Shown: positions 26,298-42,380 of the stretch, one piece after another | How the letters are laid out: the number at the start of each line of letters is the position of its first letter | Position numbering within the stretch: position 1 is the stretch's first letter | NCBI RefSeq assembly: GCF_009914755.1 | Contig: NC_060933.1 | DNA: 64,000 bases | Reading direction: 5' to 3' (one strand) | Source: the human T2T-CHM13v2.0 reference genome, Homo sapiens | Translations under genes and position numbers: made by a program | Notes under the pieces: model-generated | The model's database searches: none | Seen by the model: only the letters and a program-made list of their open reading frames with translations | What the model was told of the DNA's origin: nothing

Positions 26298-27584
26298 GGC
26301 AGCTAAAGATTTCTTTCTTCTGACATCTGCTGGTTCCCACCAGTTTCTTCCCTTTATCCTGTCTGGGTCAGATCCTGTTTTGCTCAGCAGGATTGTGACC
26401 AGAGAACAAGTCTGGCCAGTCTCCTACTTTATATACATGGCTTAAAACATTCACTGGAGGCTAGACATTCAATGGGAATTTCAGGAATTCACTGAGGGTC
26501 CTGGAACTTACCTTCCACAGAGAAAGGGAATTACTATACTAGGGGATCAATTTAGTACAAACATTAAAATAAATAGTACTTTGTAAATGTACTCTAAATT
26601 AGGTTTAAAAGTATCTATGAGAGTCCTTGATTAACTTCAGCACTGTTCCCACTCAATATAAATATAGCCTGTGGCTGTGTACATTGTATAGATCATTTGT
26701 GCTACTCAGTAACATCTGAAGAATATTAATCAGGGTAAAGTAAGAGATAGAAGGCTAAGGAAATTCAGTATAAACATGTAACAGAGTGAACTTTCTAACC
26801 TCTCTCTGTTGTACAGAGTTAAATCTATTACTTAGAATTGGCCAACAAATACACAGGAAGGATTTACCAAAGGGTTATCAGATTTTATAACAATCAGTGA
26901 CAATGATGGGATGTTATTGTGAATTTAAGAACTGAATTTAAATTAAGATGAAATGCCCTAGATTAGGCATTAGATAAAGCTGCCCATTATATTATTAATT
27001 TTAATTAGATTCTTTGCCGCCTTATGTTCTTTGATCTGAGCTAAGTAATTAAGCCCATTTTACTTTCTAATTGGATTATACTGCATGTCTTGCTAAATCC
27101 AAAGATAAGAAAATGTGCAGGCCCTAAATATATACTTCTTTGTTTTTGATGTCCTATCTATAGAATAGTGCTCCGGGGATGTAAGAATACATTTTAAAAT
27201 TTATTTGTTCGACTAAAATATAGAGTTGATCTTTCCAGGGACATTGTAAAACATGATTTCTTACATCATTTATGTGATCTGTCCTGCTGAGTCCTTAATT
27301 TTCAAGCAGAGGCTTTTGGAATCTTGGAGGAAGAAATTTTCAAGTGAAAAGAATTTGAATGATGCTAGTATGTAAAGAGAGACCCAGGGTTTCAGAAGGC
27401 AAGATGTAGCCCACTTAAAGAGGGAGAGATCCCTAAGTCAAGGTAAGGCCAGACTCTGATGGATTATGGCTACTGAACAAGATGTTTAATTTGATGGTGC
27501 AGCTTAATCTTAAACTAATTGTCAGAATGATGAGAACTTTGAATTTTATGTTGAAGATGACTTTTGGGGTTGAAAATAAAGATA

Positions 27585-27800
27585 ATAGCTAAATTTGAGC
27601 ATTTATTACATTCAAGGCACTATGGTAAGCATTTTATATGAATAATTGCATTTAACCTTAACATCTACCCATTAGAGTAGATATTTTACTTAAGCACACT
27701 TTACAGAAAATGAAACTGAAGCTTAGAAACTTAGACTTGGCCATGGTGATATATGTCCAACCTGAGACTTGAACCAATGTCTGTATGATTCCAAATCTTA
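27585..27800 (-). mobile_element. MIR
   Basis: 'ttgagcatttattacattcaaggcactatggtaagcatttta...ttacagaaaatgaaactgaagcttaga'. Confidence 0.8.
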
Positions 27801-28039
27801 TGTCACATCCCTCTATAGCAATTCTAAGTTAATTATGAGTATTGGGAACCTCTCTAAGACTTCATTTTCCTATCTGTAAAATGGAGCCTAAAGTGCCTAC
27901 AACTCAGTGATACTGTATATTTTTTAATGATTCATATATTTTAATGATAAATGTGACATCAGAGAACACAATAGGCTGGCCAATGGTTTTATTTTTTTCC
28001 CTTATATCATAGCTAAATGGAATAGTCATCTGCTTGAAT

Positions 28040-29112
<1,073 letters not shown>

Positions 29113-31229
29113 GTAGGCATGCATTAATGACCATTATGCTAAAGATGCTGTTTTAGGCATTATAAATTAAGTTGGTTTTTAAACACATATTTTCCAAGGA
29201 CATTCACTTCTGGCAGGTGTGCATCTTTAGCCAAGATATACATGAACTCTTTTAGCATTTTCACAGTGTTGCAGCATGCTGTGGTCAGTGTTCGGAGTGT
29301 GAGAAATGGGTTTTCAGTTAAATTCGAAATAGCAGCAAACAACTTCTCTGAGTATCAGAAAATTATACCATAGGTCACTACAGTAGTCTTCTATTAATCT
29401 CTAATAAAACAGTAGTGCAACGTACTTTGTAAATCAAGTGGTTTAGTATGTAAACTACAACTTTGTCATAGGACATAATTCAAAGATTACAGGAATTTTC
29501 AAATGGTGAAGTTGAGTTGTTAAATTTTTTATTTAAAATATTGTTTTTTCTCTGTCACATGTTGCTATGAATAAAATAAGTGCTATAAATATAAACAACA
29601 TAATTTCTTGTGATACATATTAAAGGCTATCTTTATGTCAAATGTGAGCAACATTTCTTTTGAGCTACACAGAAAAATTAAAAATTAATTAAAATCTTTC
29701 TGGCATGGGAGGGAATCCCACTTAACTCATTACATAAAACTTACCTATCATTCCTAAAATAGAGCACCATGGCACATACATTAAACATGACTCTTTGAGA
29801 GTGATGACTATGCCTTCAGACCAATAATCAGTAGAGCATCTTGAGTTTGGTTAGCTATTCAAACTTCTCTTCTGCCTCTTCTGCATTTCCCCCTTTTCAT
29901 TGCTAACATTTATTACCTTAGGTTGGGTGAAATGCATGCTTTTGGTGTGCTATAAAAATTCCACCCTTTTGGTGAAAATTAAAAAACCTTAAAGAGCCCA
30001 AATTTACATATATGTAAATGATTTCTTCTTTTTTTTTTTTTTTTTTCTTTTTTTGCAGAGATAACCAGTGAACAGGATAAAGGATGTTTCCTTTCTCCAG
30101 ATAAATTTTAAACATTTTATTGAGATTTTAAATAGATTTAAACAATTGCTTTTGGGGGTATGTAATACTATCCATTGTTTCATTGTGTCCTTGCCATTTA
30201 AAGAGCATGAAGATAGATAGCTTATAAAAAGTTTCAGGTAGTCAAAGCTATATCAGGATCTCAACAGGAATATTCAGTATTATTAAACAAGGCATTTCTC
30301 TTTTAAAAGGTGGAAGTTCATTCCCATCAAAGGAGTCATTTAAAAGTATCAGTGTGGCAGTGCAAGCTTTTGCTGGATCTATGTTAGATTAGCATTCTGT
30401 TAAAAATTAAGCTAGGAACTCCGAGCCTGTACTTTGGGGTTCTTTATTAGAAATAATAATTATGAACAATAATTATTTTGAGAGAAAGTAAAATTTTAAG
30501 TGAATTGAATGTTTTCTTTAGGAGAAATGGCTTAATGCATTTTATGGAGATGTGTAAATCTATTAAAACTGTGGTTTACATTGCGTTAAATTTATGATTA
30601 TTGTTTTTTGGACCGTGAGCATGCTCTTTAATGTAGGCAAGTTGTAAATGTAGCCAAGTGACAGCTGTTGCTTGGGAAATGATAGAAAGAATCTAAACAA
30701 ACATATCTCCTACTCGAAAGAAAACTGCTTGAGAAAAAGAAAAATGTACTTCTTTAATAGAATAGTCAGAAGTAATCTCCTTCCTACCAGGAAAAATCTA
30801 CCTTTATAATTATACAACTTGGTATTTTACCTCTTGCTTCTTACATCCAGAGAAAGGAAGGATATGATCTAAAGAAGCTCACACCACTGGAAAGGGGTTT
30901 TACCCTAGACTGAGCAGAAATTTAGTCTTAAAATAAAATATCCAGAATTTGTAGGTGGGTGACAAAATAAGAATATTGGCAGAAGTATTTTATCCAGCAA
31001 GCTAAGTCTTTTTTAACTAACTGTAAGATGTGAGTATAAAGAAATGTGACTGAAAAAAAAAGAAAAACCAGGATGGCAGAGTACAAGTGACTACTCTCCC
31101 CTTTCAAAAATTCCCAGTGTCTATTGTCCCGTTTCACAGGGTGACAATAGTGCACAAAATATAATAATGCTTCCACAGCTCTAAAATATGTTAGCTCCAG
31201 CTCTAAGAGGAAATTAATAATGTTAGAGT

Positions 31230-31420
31230 AGGTTACAGTGGAAAGAGCTTGGGGTTTAAAAGTTAGTCATGGATGTTCTAATGCCAGTTCTGCTTCTTAC
31301 AAACTGTACTATATTAGGCAACTAACATGAGCCTCACTTTTGAAAATTTCACATTACAGTTGTGAGCATGATACATAAATAACACATAAAGCACCTAATA
31401 TCTGTTCAATGCTTATTTTG
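31230..31420 (+). mobile_element. MIR fragment
   Basis: 'agtggaaagagc...agttctgcttcttac...taaagcaccta'. Confidence 0.55.
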
Positions 31421-34400
31421 TACTTTCTTTTATCTTTTTTCCCTGTCATGATTAAAACCCCACTTTGCTAAATATTTTAACTAATATAGTTGCTACCTTT
31501 TCCAATTTGTTTCTCACTAATTTGAATATTCCACTCTTACATGCAATCTATCCTCTAGTCAAACTTAAATCTTTAAATATGCCTCTCCTCATTTATAATT
31601 GTTTTATTTTTCATGTAATTTCTTTTGTTAAAATGCTACCCCCTAAACCTCAACTTAATCAATCACAATTTTACCCATCCTTCACCATTCAAGCAACATG
31701 TACAATTCAAGGAATTTTCTTCTTCCAATGAATGTAACTCCTTCCTCTATGCTTCCATGTAACTAATTTCTATCCCTGGACATCGTTTCACATCACTGAT
31801 CACATTGTTAGTATTTTTAAATTAAATCTGAGGACAGTTTATCTTGAAGTCTTCCACAGTAGATACCTCCAGTACACATTCAAAAAAGATGTTTTGGGTA
31901 ACTGTCTGTGAAATAAGAACTACAAATCTGTCCTGCTTTCCATCAAACATCTGTAATACAAACAGGTTCTTAAATCACTCCACAGTGTGAATAATTCAAA
32001 TTTGTCTACTTAAATAGTTCAGGATAAATTAATTTGTGCTGTATGCTATTTGTTAGAAAAAGTACAATATAAAAATAGTACAAAAAACTTTTTGCTAAAC
32101 TCAACTTTTGCAACTTATTTATCCTTTGGATCTTTTTATATAATGTTTACTACTTTCAAATGAAAAGAATTTATCTCTCTCACCCTCCCCGTCCTGTTTG
32201 AAAAAATGTGCAAAAAATGTACTATATGTCCTTGATGCTGTTCATAACTTGACTGATGAAAGACTTGCAATTGTCATTTTGACAACTAGATGTAATTAAA
32301 ATTATCAACTATTGTATTATTATTATCTTCCTTAATTGCTGTTCAAATTTTACATGCCACATGGAAAGTAATTATAAAACTCGATATTTTTCAATGCAGT
32401 CTTTTCCCAAGTCAGTCCTCATAAGTACATGTCAGTTGGTTCTGTTTCCTTTTGCAACTAAGAATATTTCATATCTGATTTTACTTTCTCATAGTCACTA
32501 ATTTCTTGCTATCCTCTGTTGTTAACATGTGTGCTCTGACTTTGCTAGCAGGACTGATCATGTTGATTTTCTATTGAACTAGGTAGAGAAATGGCCTTGT
32601 ATTATCTCCAAAGATAGTCAGCCTTCATAAGTCATTTATCAATTCTTATTGCCATGAATGTAGGAGTAATTGAAATTCTGTATTATCATCACCCACCGAA
32701 GTGACTTGAATTTTTCCCTGTGATACTTCCCTATCTCTTCTTATTATACAATACCTCTACTGCTAATTTATGCACACATTGAATATTCCAATTCTGTTTT
32801 GTGTGATAGGAGGCACGTGAGTATTATGTAATGCTGCTACAAAATAATTTATAAGAAGAAAAGGAAGTTTAATATATGACAACCATATTGTTACAAGATG
32901 TGCTTTAATGTATAGCATGTAAAATTGAAGAGAGACTGAAAAGAGAAGCTACATGTTTATCTTTTCTCTGCCCAATAATGAAAAATACCTCTAGCTAAAC
33001 TTACCAAAATATGTACTATATGTTATTGTATTTTTCTTCATGTGCTAGGCAGATTAGCCCTGCCACAGGTTTGATGACTCATTAAGAAATAAAATATGAA
33101 GTCTTTACCACAACAAAAATTTCCTTAAATGCTAAAGAATTTTAACACTAAGTACTTGCTTGTGCTCTCTTTCTAGTCATTTACATAAAAGTCACTAAGC
33201 TTGGGATTCTGGGGTCTTCGAAATGTTTAATTCTTAAGCTATTTGGATTGAGATTACTATACTTTAAGTAGGCATCTATGAAGAAGAGGAGAAAGTTGCA
33301 TCTACTCATCGGTATCCTTTCCACTGCTTATTTACTGGTGTAGCAGCCAATTGAGTGAATGCAAACTTAAACACTGCACATGTCATCATTCACACCTATT
33401 TGTACATAGACTGTATGTATGACCTACTCTGTCTCACTCAAAATGTACAATTTTTTTTTAAAAAAACTGAAATTCCTTGAATTAACTTCACCAAATCATA
33501 TCCCTAAACACTTCTGGACTTTCTATTCCAGACATTACCATTATCTTAATGCAAGTGCTCATAATTCTTTCCTAGGCAATTATGAGAACATACAGACTGT
33601 CCCCTCTTTGTCATGCCACACTGCTTTCAGATAGGTCTTTGTAAGAGGAAATCCTAGTAATGTAACTTTTATGTCTAATAACCTCCAATGATTCGCCATT
33701 AACAACAAAAAGTCCATGCTTCTTAACGTATTAGACCCTTTTTCATCAGAATAACTTTTTCAGTTCCTTTTCTTATCATTTCCCTCTTTACAAATGACCT
33801 GTAACCATTAGCTGTAGTTTCCGGTACATGGAATGCTTACTCTTATCTCTGTTTTTTTATATCCTTCTTCTTCCTAAACTTTCCTCCCCATACCAAACAG
33901 TTTCAACATCTTTACTAAAAATCAGATCTCGTGACTCTCTAATTTCTTAGATAAAATTACTCATATATAGAAAAATGTTTCATTGTTAGTATATCCATTA
34001 TCAGTCTACTATATATTTTAATGTGTTTCAGATGGGCTTCCTGAAAGCATAGATGTCCTAAACCATCTTTACATTCAATATTTTGTAAATTTTCCTACAC
34101 TTATCATATGTGCAATGAAATTTGAATGGAATCATTTTGATTTAGCAGATTTTAATTATTCACCTATGTTGGGATAATATTTTGTTGTATGAATTTATAA
34201 TTATATCATATGTGCTAAATCAGAGTAGAGTACTTTTATGCAGGGTGGTGTAGGAATCTGACTTATATATGTCCTATGTATAAAAATAATGATATCTAAT
34301 TTGTGCAAATCAGCTAATTTCTTCTTCCTTGTTGAAAAACCCAGATCCCCAAGAATGGTTTATTCTCAGAAAATACTGCTTATGCTATAGAGTTCTTATC

Positions 34401-35841
34401 AATGGAATTCTTCCACCTCTCATCACATTTTTATGTTCACGATTGAAATCCCTCTTCAGACTTCATCCCTGACTAAGATTTTCCTTGCCAGAAGTCCTTT
34501 CCAATTTCCTCCTATCAAATATCTGCCTTTACTCTTGGCATCTCCAATATAAGTTAGAATGGATATATTAAATGATAGCTTTTATAGTATCTCTTAAATT
34601 ATGGTTTTGCTTGTTATAAAATGTATTAGTACTTACTGTTTAAGTAGGGAAAATAACCTCTAAATGTATTATTACATATGTGAAAAAAGATTATTCTGAG
34701 TTCTAAACAAGTAACTAGCATGCAGACTTACTTGTTATCTAAAAGGATCTATCTTAAATTAAAATTTGATTTGAAAAAAATAATGAAAATAAAAATACAC
34801 TCAAAAAACAGGAGAGGCTGAAGGTGTCTTAGAGATCATATATTTTTACCTACTAAGCTTAGAAGTTAAATGAAAAAAAAACCCACTAGGACAAAGGTTA
34901 GTTAACGTGCTTGTCTCAAATCACATATGCAGTTAGCAAAGTATCCAACATGAGAGCCCCAATATCACAGGTTCCCAATATAGAGCTACATGTAGGGTAT
35001 CATACAGAATTTCTGAAAAATAAAAATAATTATCTAGATGCCTGACTAGGAATCTTATCTGCACTACAGCTAAAAAAGACCCATGTTCTAGACATTCAGA
35101 CAACATTTTCACTCTCACATGAAATTTGTAAACAATCTCCTTGCCCCCATTTCTTAAATCAGGAGTATACCTTGAGAGTTGACATTAGGCTTGCTTTTGA
35201 TTATTCTGAGAAAACAAGTGTTCATTCATACTTATGTTTGTACATTCCCTGCATATTGAAGAAACTAGATATTGCCTTTTTGAGAATAAGTATCAGCATA
35301 GCTTGATTCAAGCCATGAATGCTCTTGACTTACTTTGATGCAAACTTGCTTCATGTGAATTATGCAACTGCTCTTGGCAACTATCTGTGGCTGAATTTAT
35401 ATGCTCTGTTAAGCATCCAATCATCAAGACAGCTATTGCTACCCTTGCCATCAGAAAACTATATTTCCCTCTCCTTACATTTAGTATGTGCTATAAAACT
35501 CACATTTATTCAAGCTTGCTCAGGCCAAGTTTTATATTTCTTCTTAGTGCTGTACTGATTATTTACCCATGTAACTACACTGAGAATTAGCATCAAAATG
35601 AAGATATGAGGACCAACCATAATAAAGATGTTATGAATACTCAAATCTTCAGATCTGAAACTTTCTACTTTAAGAGTCTAGCACATAAATGTCAAAGAAA
35701 AGCACTAACCTTGGGATTTATGAAGAGACCTCTAATGCCATCCTGTGGACAGTCAAGAAAAGACATTTTCCTTTTACTAAGGCAGCTGTGTTTAATGATA
35801 TGCAGACCAAAAAGAGAAGGACATGTAAACATGCCATAAAT

Positions 35842-36170
35842 AGCCGGCACGGTGGCTCAGTCTGTAAGCATGTTGGGGGGCCAAGGTGGGTAGATCTCTT
35901 GAGCCTAGAGTTTGAGACCTGCCTAGGCAACACGGTGAAAACCCATCTCTACAAAACAATACAGAAGGTAGCTGGGTGTGGTGCACGCGCCTGTATTCCC
36001 AGCTACTCAGGGTTGGAGGGGTTGGGGAGTGTGGGGTGGTGTTTGGGGCAGAGGCTGACGTGGGAGAATGGCTTGAGCCCAGGAGGTCGAGGCTCCAGTG
36101 AGCAGAGACCATGCTACTGCACTCCAGCCAGGGAGATACCCTGTCTCAAAAAACAAACAAACAAACAAGA
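35842..36170 (+). mobile_element. AluJ with G-rich insertion
   Basis: J diagnostics (cttgagcccaggaggtcgaggct, accctgtctc); (AAAC)n tail. Confidence 0.9.
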
Positions 36171-36542
36171 AAACATAAATACATCTTCGCAACACAAACA
36201 TACTCAAAACAATATATATTTATATAACAGTAATGATTATAAATGATATGTATGTATATACATATATATATATGTGCATGTGTGTGTATGTGCATATGTG
36301 AGAAGAGAAAACAAGTAACTAAAAGGATGAAGCCAAAATGCTAACAGTGGTTATGTCTTAATGGTGCTGTTTTTAAAACAGAATTATGAGGTCCCAAAGG
36401 ATATAAGTCCTGAGCTGAATTTCAGAGCTCTGAAAGAAGTTATAAATTGAATCATTTACAGACAGAAATAAATAAACCAAAGCATCTTTAGGTAGAGGAA
36501 ATAGAGACCCTGAAATACTCAGACTTCAAAGGTACATGCTCA

Positions 36543-38329
36543 AGGCCAATACCCCTGATGAATATAGATGCAAAAATCCACAACATAATACTAGCAAACT
36601 GAATTCAACAACACATTAAAAACATTATTCTCCATAATCCAGTGGGATTTATCCAAGGGTTACAAGGATGGTTCAACATACACAAATCAATAAACATGAT
36701 ACAGCATATTAACAAAATCAAGGACAAAAAATGTGAACATTTCAATAGATGCTGAAAAAGCATTCGATAAAATTCAACGTCCTTTCATGGTAAAAACTCT
36801 CAACAAATTAGGTATCAAAGAAACATACCTCAAAACAATGAAGGCCATATATGACAAATCCACAGTTAATATCACACCGAATAATGAAAAATTGAAAACT
36901 TTTCCTCTAAGATCTGAAAGAAGACAAAAATATCCACTTTCACTACTTTTATTCAACATAGTACCGGAAGTCCTTTTCAGAGCAAATAGACAAAAGAAAG
37001 AAAGCGCATACAAATTAGAAAGAAATAAGTCAAATTTTCCTTGTTTGCAGATAACATGTTTTTAGAAAAACCTAAAGATTCCACCAAAAAATAAAAATAA
37101 AAACTGTTAAAACTTATCAACAAATTCAGTAATGTTGCAGGAAACAAAGTCAACATACAAAAATCAGTGGCATTTATGGTTAACAACAGTAAACAACTGA
37201 AAAAATTTAGGAAAGCAATTAAATCTTAAATAGCTACAAAAATTATAAAATATCTTGCAATAAATTTAACCAAACATCCTTTAAAGAAAATTATAAAGCA
37301 AACACCAATGACATAAAATAAGGATATATACATGAAAGGAAAGATATCCTATGCTCACTGAATGAAAGAATTATTATTGTTGAAATGCCCATATACCCAA
37401 AGTAATCTTCAGAATAAATGTAATCCCCCATCAAATTTCTGTGACATTCTTCACAGAAATAGAAAATGCAGTCCTAAAATTTGTATGGAAGCACAAATGA
37501 CCCTGAACAGCAAAAGCAATCCTGAGCAAAAAGAACTAGCTGAAGGCTTCACACTACCTGACTTCAAAATACGCAACGAAGCCTTAGTAACCAAAACAGG
37601 ATGGTAATCAGACACACAGACTAATGGAACAGAGTCAAGATCCCAGAAATAAATCCATGCATTTACAGCCAATTCATTTTTTACAAACCCACCAAGAACA
37701 TACATTAGGGAAAGGACAGTTTCGTCAATAGATAGTGCTGGGAAAACTGAATAACCACATGCAAAATAATAAAACTGTACCCCTATCTCTCACCATATAC
37801 AAAAATTAAATCAAAGTTAATTAACAACTTAAGTGTGAGACCTGAAAATATGAAAGTACTGAAAGAAAACATACGGAAATGCTTCAGGACGTTGGTCTAT
37901 GCAAAGATTTCTTGGGTAAGACCTTTAAAACACAGGCAACTGGAGCAAAAATAGACAAATGGGATGAAATCAAGCCAAAAAGCTTCTAAATAACAAAAGA
38001 AGCCAGAGTAAAGAGATAACCTACAGAAAATATCTGCAAACAATCCATCCAACAAGAGATTAATAAGGAGAATATATAAGAAATTCAAAAAACTAAATAT
38101 TAAAATACAAATAATACAATTAAAAACAAGAAAATCATCTAAAAGCACATTTCTCCAAAGAAGACATACAAATGGTCAGAAGCATATGAAAAAATGCTAA
38201 ACATCAGTAATCATCAGGGAAATGCAAATAAATCCATGACATAAGACCTCACACCTGTTGAAGTCACTATCATCAAGACACAGATAAGTGTTGACAAGGA
38301 TATGGAGAAAGAGGAACTCTTATATACTT
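36543..38329 (+). mobile_element. L1 ORF2 fragment (RT domain onward), old L1M/L1PB type, no 3' UTR
   Basis: ORF 36733-37065 contains [13 protein letters not shown], an L1 RT motif; multiple frameshifts and stops. Confidence 0.92.
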
Positions 38330-39837
38330 CCACTTAAAAAAAAATCACAGGCAAATGGAATGCACCCAGCCTTGGTCAACTGGGTGTTGAATCATGTAAA
38401 AATACAAGATTTGGATTAGAGTGTTTGTTCAAATCCTGGTGTAACATGAGGGTTATCTTAGCTGCATTATCTAATTGTTCTTGTTTCAGACTTCTCATCT
38501 CTAAAACAAAGACCTCTGCCATATATACTGGTAGCACTGGAAAATCAAAAATACTATGCAAATGAATTATATTGCTACTATTTTGAAACATTACATGAAC
38601 AGGATATGTAAATGTTGCATGCATTATCCTTTCTTATTTTTTCAAAGGGATCTTGCAGAGAGTATGCTTGTGGAAACTTTAAACAACTAAAAAATATATC
38701 TTGACCTTTTATATTGTGCTTTTATATTCTCTCTAGAGGAAATTTCTTATAAACTGTATGAAAGCCTGTCTTGGATGTGATTTGTGAGCCAAAGTTTACA
38801 TGGCTTGCTAGATAGAAGCCCGATTATCTAGAATATCTGAGTTTTAACTGAAAAAAAAAATCTAAAAGCTAAAAGGAAGATATATTGTGAGCTTTCTAAA
38901 TAGTATCTACCTAGATATTACTTAACTTATTCATAAAGCACCTTTCAATAATAGCAATTCAGTAATTCTTTCCAAGCACACTTGGAATATTAAAAAAAAA
39001 AAATAGAGAAAAAAGATATACCCACAATATTATTTGGATTTTATTATATTTGAAAGTGTGTGTGTGTATGTATTCAACATTGGAGCTAAATGTAGGCTCA
39101 AGAATTAGATACAAAAATCACTATAATAGGATAGTGAATCTGTCAAGAAAACTCAAAGATGTACTATATCTTCAATTATATGCAGGCATGGATTACATAC
39201 AGTGAGAAAGGGAGAAGACCTGCAAGGCCATGGCACCAAAACCCAGAGCCCAACATAAAGTCCAGTGGCCAACCCGGAACCACAGTTCCAGGGTGGCAGC
39301 AAGGACAATTTAGACCCACCATCCAAACTCAATGACCAGGAATGGAAAAATGTAACCATGATAGTAAGAGAGAGAATAACTCAAAACTTTCCAGTATCTT
39401 CCAAGCTTCAATCCACCTAACTCTGGAATCCCAAGGGATATGTTTTTATGTGTGCAGATGTATGGAGTACCTGATACAATTTGTTATATGCATATGACGC
39501 ATAGTGATAAAGTTACGGCTTCCAGGGTGTCCATCACCTGAGTACAGTGCATTTTTGTTAAATATAGTCATCAAACTCTGCCACTGAATTTATTCCTTTT
39601 ATTTTGCTATATGCTTGTGGCCTTTAACCCACTTCTCTTCCTCATTTCCCCTCCCGACTACTGACACTTCCAGTCTGTTTTCTATTTTTCCACTCTACCT
39701 CCATGTGTTCAAATTTTTTAACTCCCACATTTAAGTAAGAATATGTAATATTTGTCTTTTTGTGCCTGGCTGATTTCACTAAAGATAATAACCTACAGTT
39801 TCATCCATGTTGCTGCAAAGACATGATTTCATTTGTC

Positions 39838-39882
39838 TGTGTGTGTGTGTGTGTGTGTGTGTGGGTGTGTGTGTGTGTGTGT
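39838..39882. repeat. (TG)n microsatellite with one interruption
   Basis: Seen directly. Confidence 0.95.
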
Positions 39883-40695
39883 TTGGCTAAATTGTATTCC
39901 ATTGGGTATATAGACCACATTTTTTAACCCATGCATCTGTTGATGGGCACTTATGTTGATTCCATAACTTAGTTGTTGCGAATAGTCCTGCAATAAAGAT
40001 GAGGGTACAGCTATCCCTTTGATATATTGATTTCTTTTCCATTGGAGAGATATTTAGTAGTGGAATTACTGGATCAAATGGCAATTCTACTTTTAGTTAT
40101 TTGAGAAATCTTCATACTTTTTTCCATAGTGGATGTACTAGTTTGCATTCCCACCAACAGTGTATAAGAGTTTCTTTTTCTCCACAGTCTCACCAACATC
40201 TGGTGTTTTTTTGTTTTGTTTTGTTTTGTTTATAATAACCATACTAACTGGGGTAAGACATCTTGTTGTGGTTTTGATTTGTGTTTCTCTGATGATTAGT
40301 GAGGTTGAGCATTTTTACACATACCTGCTGGCCGTTTGTATGTTTTTTTATTTGTTTATTTTGTTGTTGTTGTTTTTTGAGAAATGCCTACTTATTACCT
40401 TTGCTCACTTTTTAGTGAGGCTATTTATTGCTGTGTTTTTTTTTCCTGTTGTGTTGTTTGAGTTCATTGTATATTCTGTATATTAGTCCCCTGTCAGATG
40501 AATAGTTTCCAAATATATTATTCCATTAAAGAGGTTGCCTCTTCATTCTGTTGGTTATTTCTTTTGCTGTGCAGAAAGTTTTTAGTTTAACAGAGTTCAA
40601 TTTATCTATTTTTGTTTTTGTTGCTTATGCTTTTGAGGACCCAATCATGGGTTACTTGCCTAGACTACTCTCCAAGAGAGTTTTCTCTAGGTATT

Positions 40696-41056
40696 TGATA
40701 TGATTTGGCTCTGCATCCCCACCCAAATCTCATCTTGAACTGTAATCCCCACATGTCGAGAAAGGGACCTGGTGGAAGGTGATTGGACCATGGAGCAGTT
40801 TTCCCCATGCTGTTCTCATGGTAGTGAGTGAGTTCTCATGAGATCTGATGGTTCAAAAGTTTGTCACTTCCTTAATCTTTCTCCTCGTGCTGCCATGTAA
40901 GAGGATGATTGCTTCTTCTTCACCTTCCACCATGATGGTAAGTTTCCTGAGGCCTCCTCAGCCATGTGGAACTGTGAGTAAATTAAAACCCTTTTCTTTA
41001 TAAATGACACACTCCTAGGTAGTTCTTTATAGCAATGTGAAAACTGACTAATTACA
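40696..41056 (+). mobile_element. THE1D-like solo MaLR LTR
   Basis: tgatatgatttggctctg...gactaattaca; 5-bp TSD GTATT (40691-40695, 41057-41061). Confidence 0.92.
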
Positions 41057-42096
41057 GTATTATTATAGTGTTTTCATAGTTTTGGGTCCTACATTTAAGT
41101 CTTTATTCCTTCTTGATTTGACTTTTTTATATGGTGAGAAATAGGGATCTAGTTTCATTCTTTTATATGTGGCTATCCAAGTTTTCCAACATCGTTTATT
41201 GAATAGGGTGTCCTTTCCCCAGTGTAAGTTCTTGTTGGCTTTGTCAAGGATCAGTTGGCCGTAAGTATGTGGCTTTACTGCTGGGTTTTCTATTCTGTCC
41301 CATTGGTCTATGTGTCTATTTTTATATAAATATCATGCTGCTTGGGTTATTATAGTATTGTTACATATTTTGAAGTTAGGTAATGTGATGCCTTAAGTTT
41401 TATTCTTTTGCTCAGGATTGTTTTGGCTATCCAGTATCTTTTTGGATTCCATATGAATTTTGGGATTGTTTTTTCTAATTCTATGAAAAATTATGTTGGT
41501 AATTTGATAGGAATTGCTTTGAATCTGTAGATTGCTCTGGGCAATATGATCATTTTAATAATATTGATTCTTCCCATCCATGAGCATGGGATGTTTTTCT
41601 ATTTGAAGTTTTCCTTGTAGATATCCTCCTTCTCCTTGGTTAAATATATTTCTAGGGTGATTTTATTTTTGGTAGCTATTGTAAGTGGTAAAAACTTTTT
41701 CTTTCTTTCTTTCTTTTTGCTAAGTTATTATTAGTGTATAGAAGCACTACTGATTTCTGCATGTTGATTTTATAACATACTACTTTACTGAATGCATTTA
41801 TCAAATCTTAGAGATTTTTGGTGAAGTCTAGGTTTTTCTAGATATAAGATTATATCATAATGAACAGGGGCAATGTGACTTTCTCATTTTCAACTTGGAT
41901 GCCTTTTATTTCTTTCTTTTGCCTGATTTATCCTGCTAAAACTTTCAGTACTATGCTGAATAAGACTGTTGAAAGTGGGCATTCTTATCTTGTTCCAGTT
42001 CTTGGAGGAAAGGATTTTAACTTTTTATTATTCAGTATAATGTTAGGTATGGTTGTGTCATATATGGCCTTTATTGGGTTGAAATATGTTTCTTTT

Positions 42097-42380
<284 letters not shown>

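Larger units (their letters stand above)
25354..26431 (-). mobile_element. Solo ERV1-class LTR (MER41/MER66-related), split by MLT2A2
   Basis: Homologous to 3332-3786; minus-strand AATAAA near 25460. Confidence 0.8.
25110..26536 (+). mobile_element. MER44A (Tigger7-derived non-autonomous element) split by nested LTRs
   Basis: Left end agtagtcccccc, typical body to ~25353; right part resumes ~26432 and ends 'gggaattacta'. Confidence 0.85.

Noticed and set aside
35689-36246. Longest ORF (185 aa)
   Set aside because: Read-through of an AluJ and its tail; no recognisable domain or splice context
36733-37065. Reverse-transcriptase-like ORF
   Set aside because: Decayed L1 ORF2 fragment, not a host gene or novel RT system
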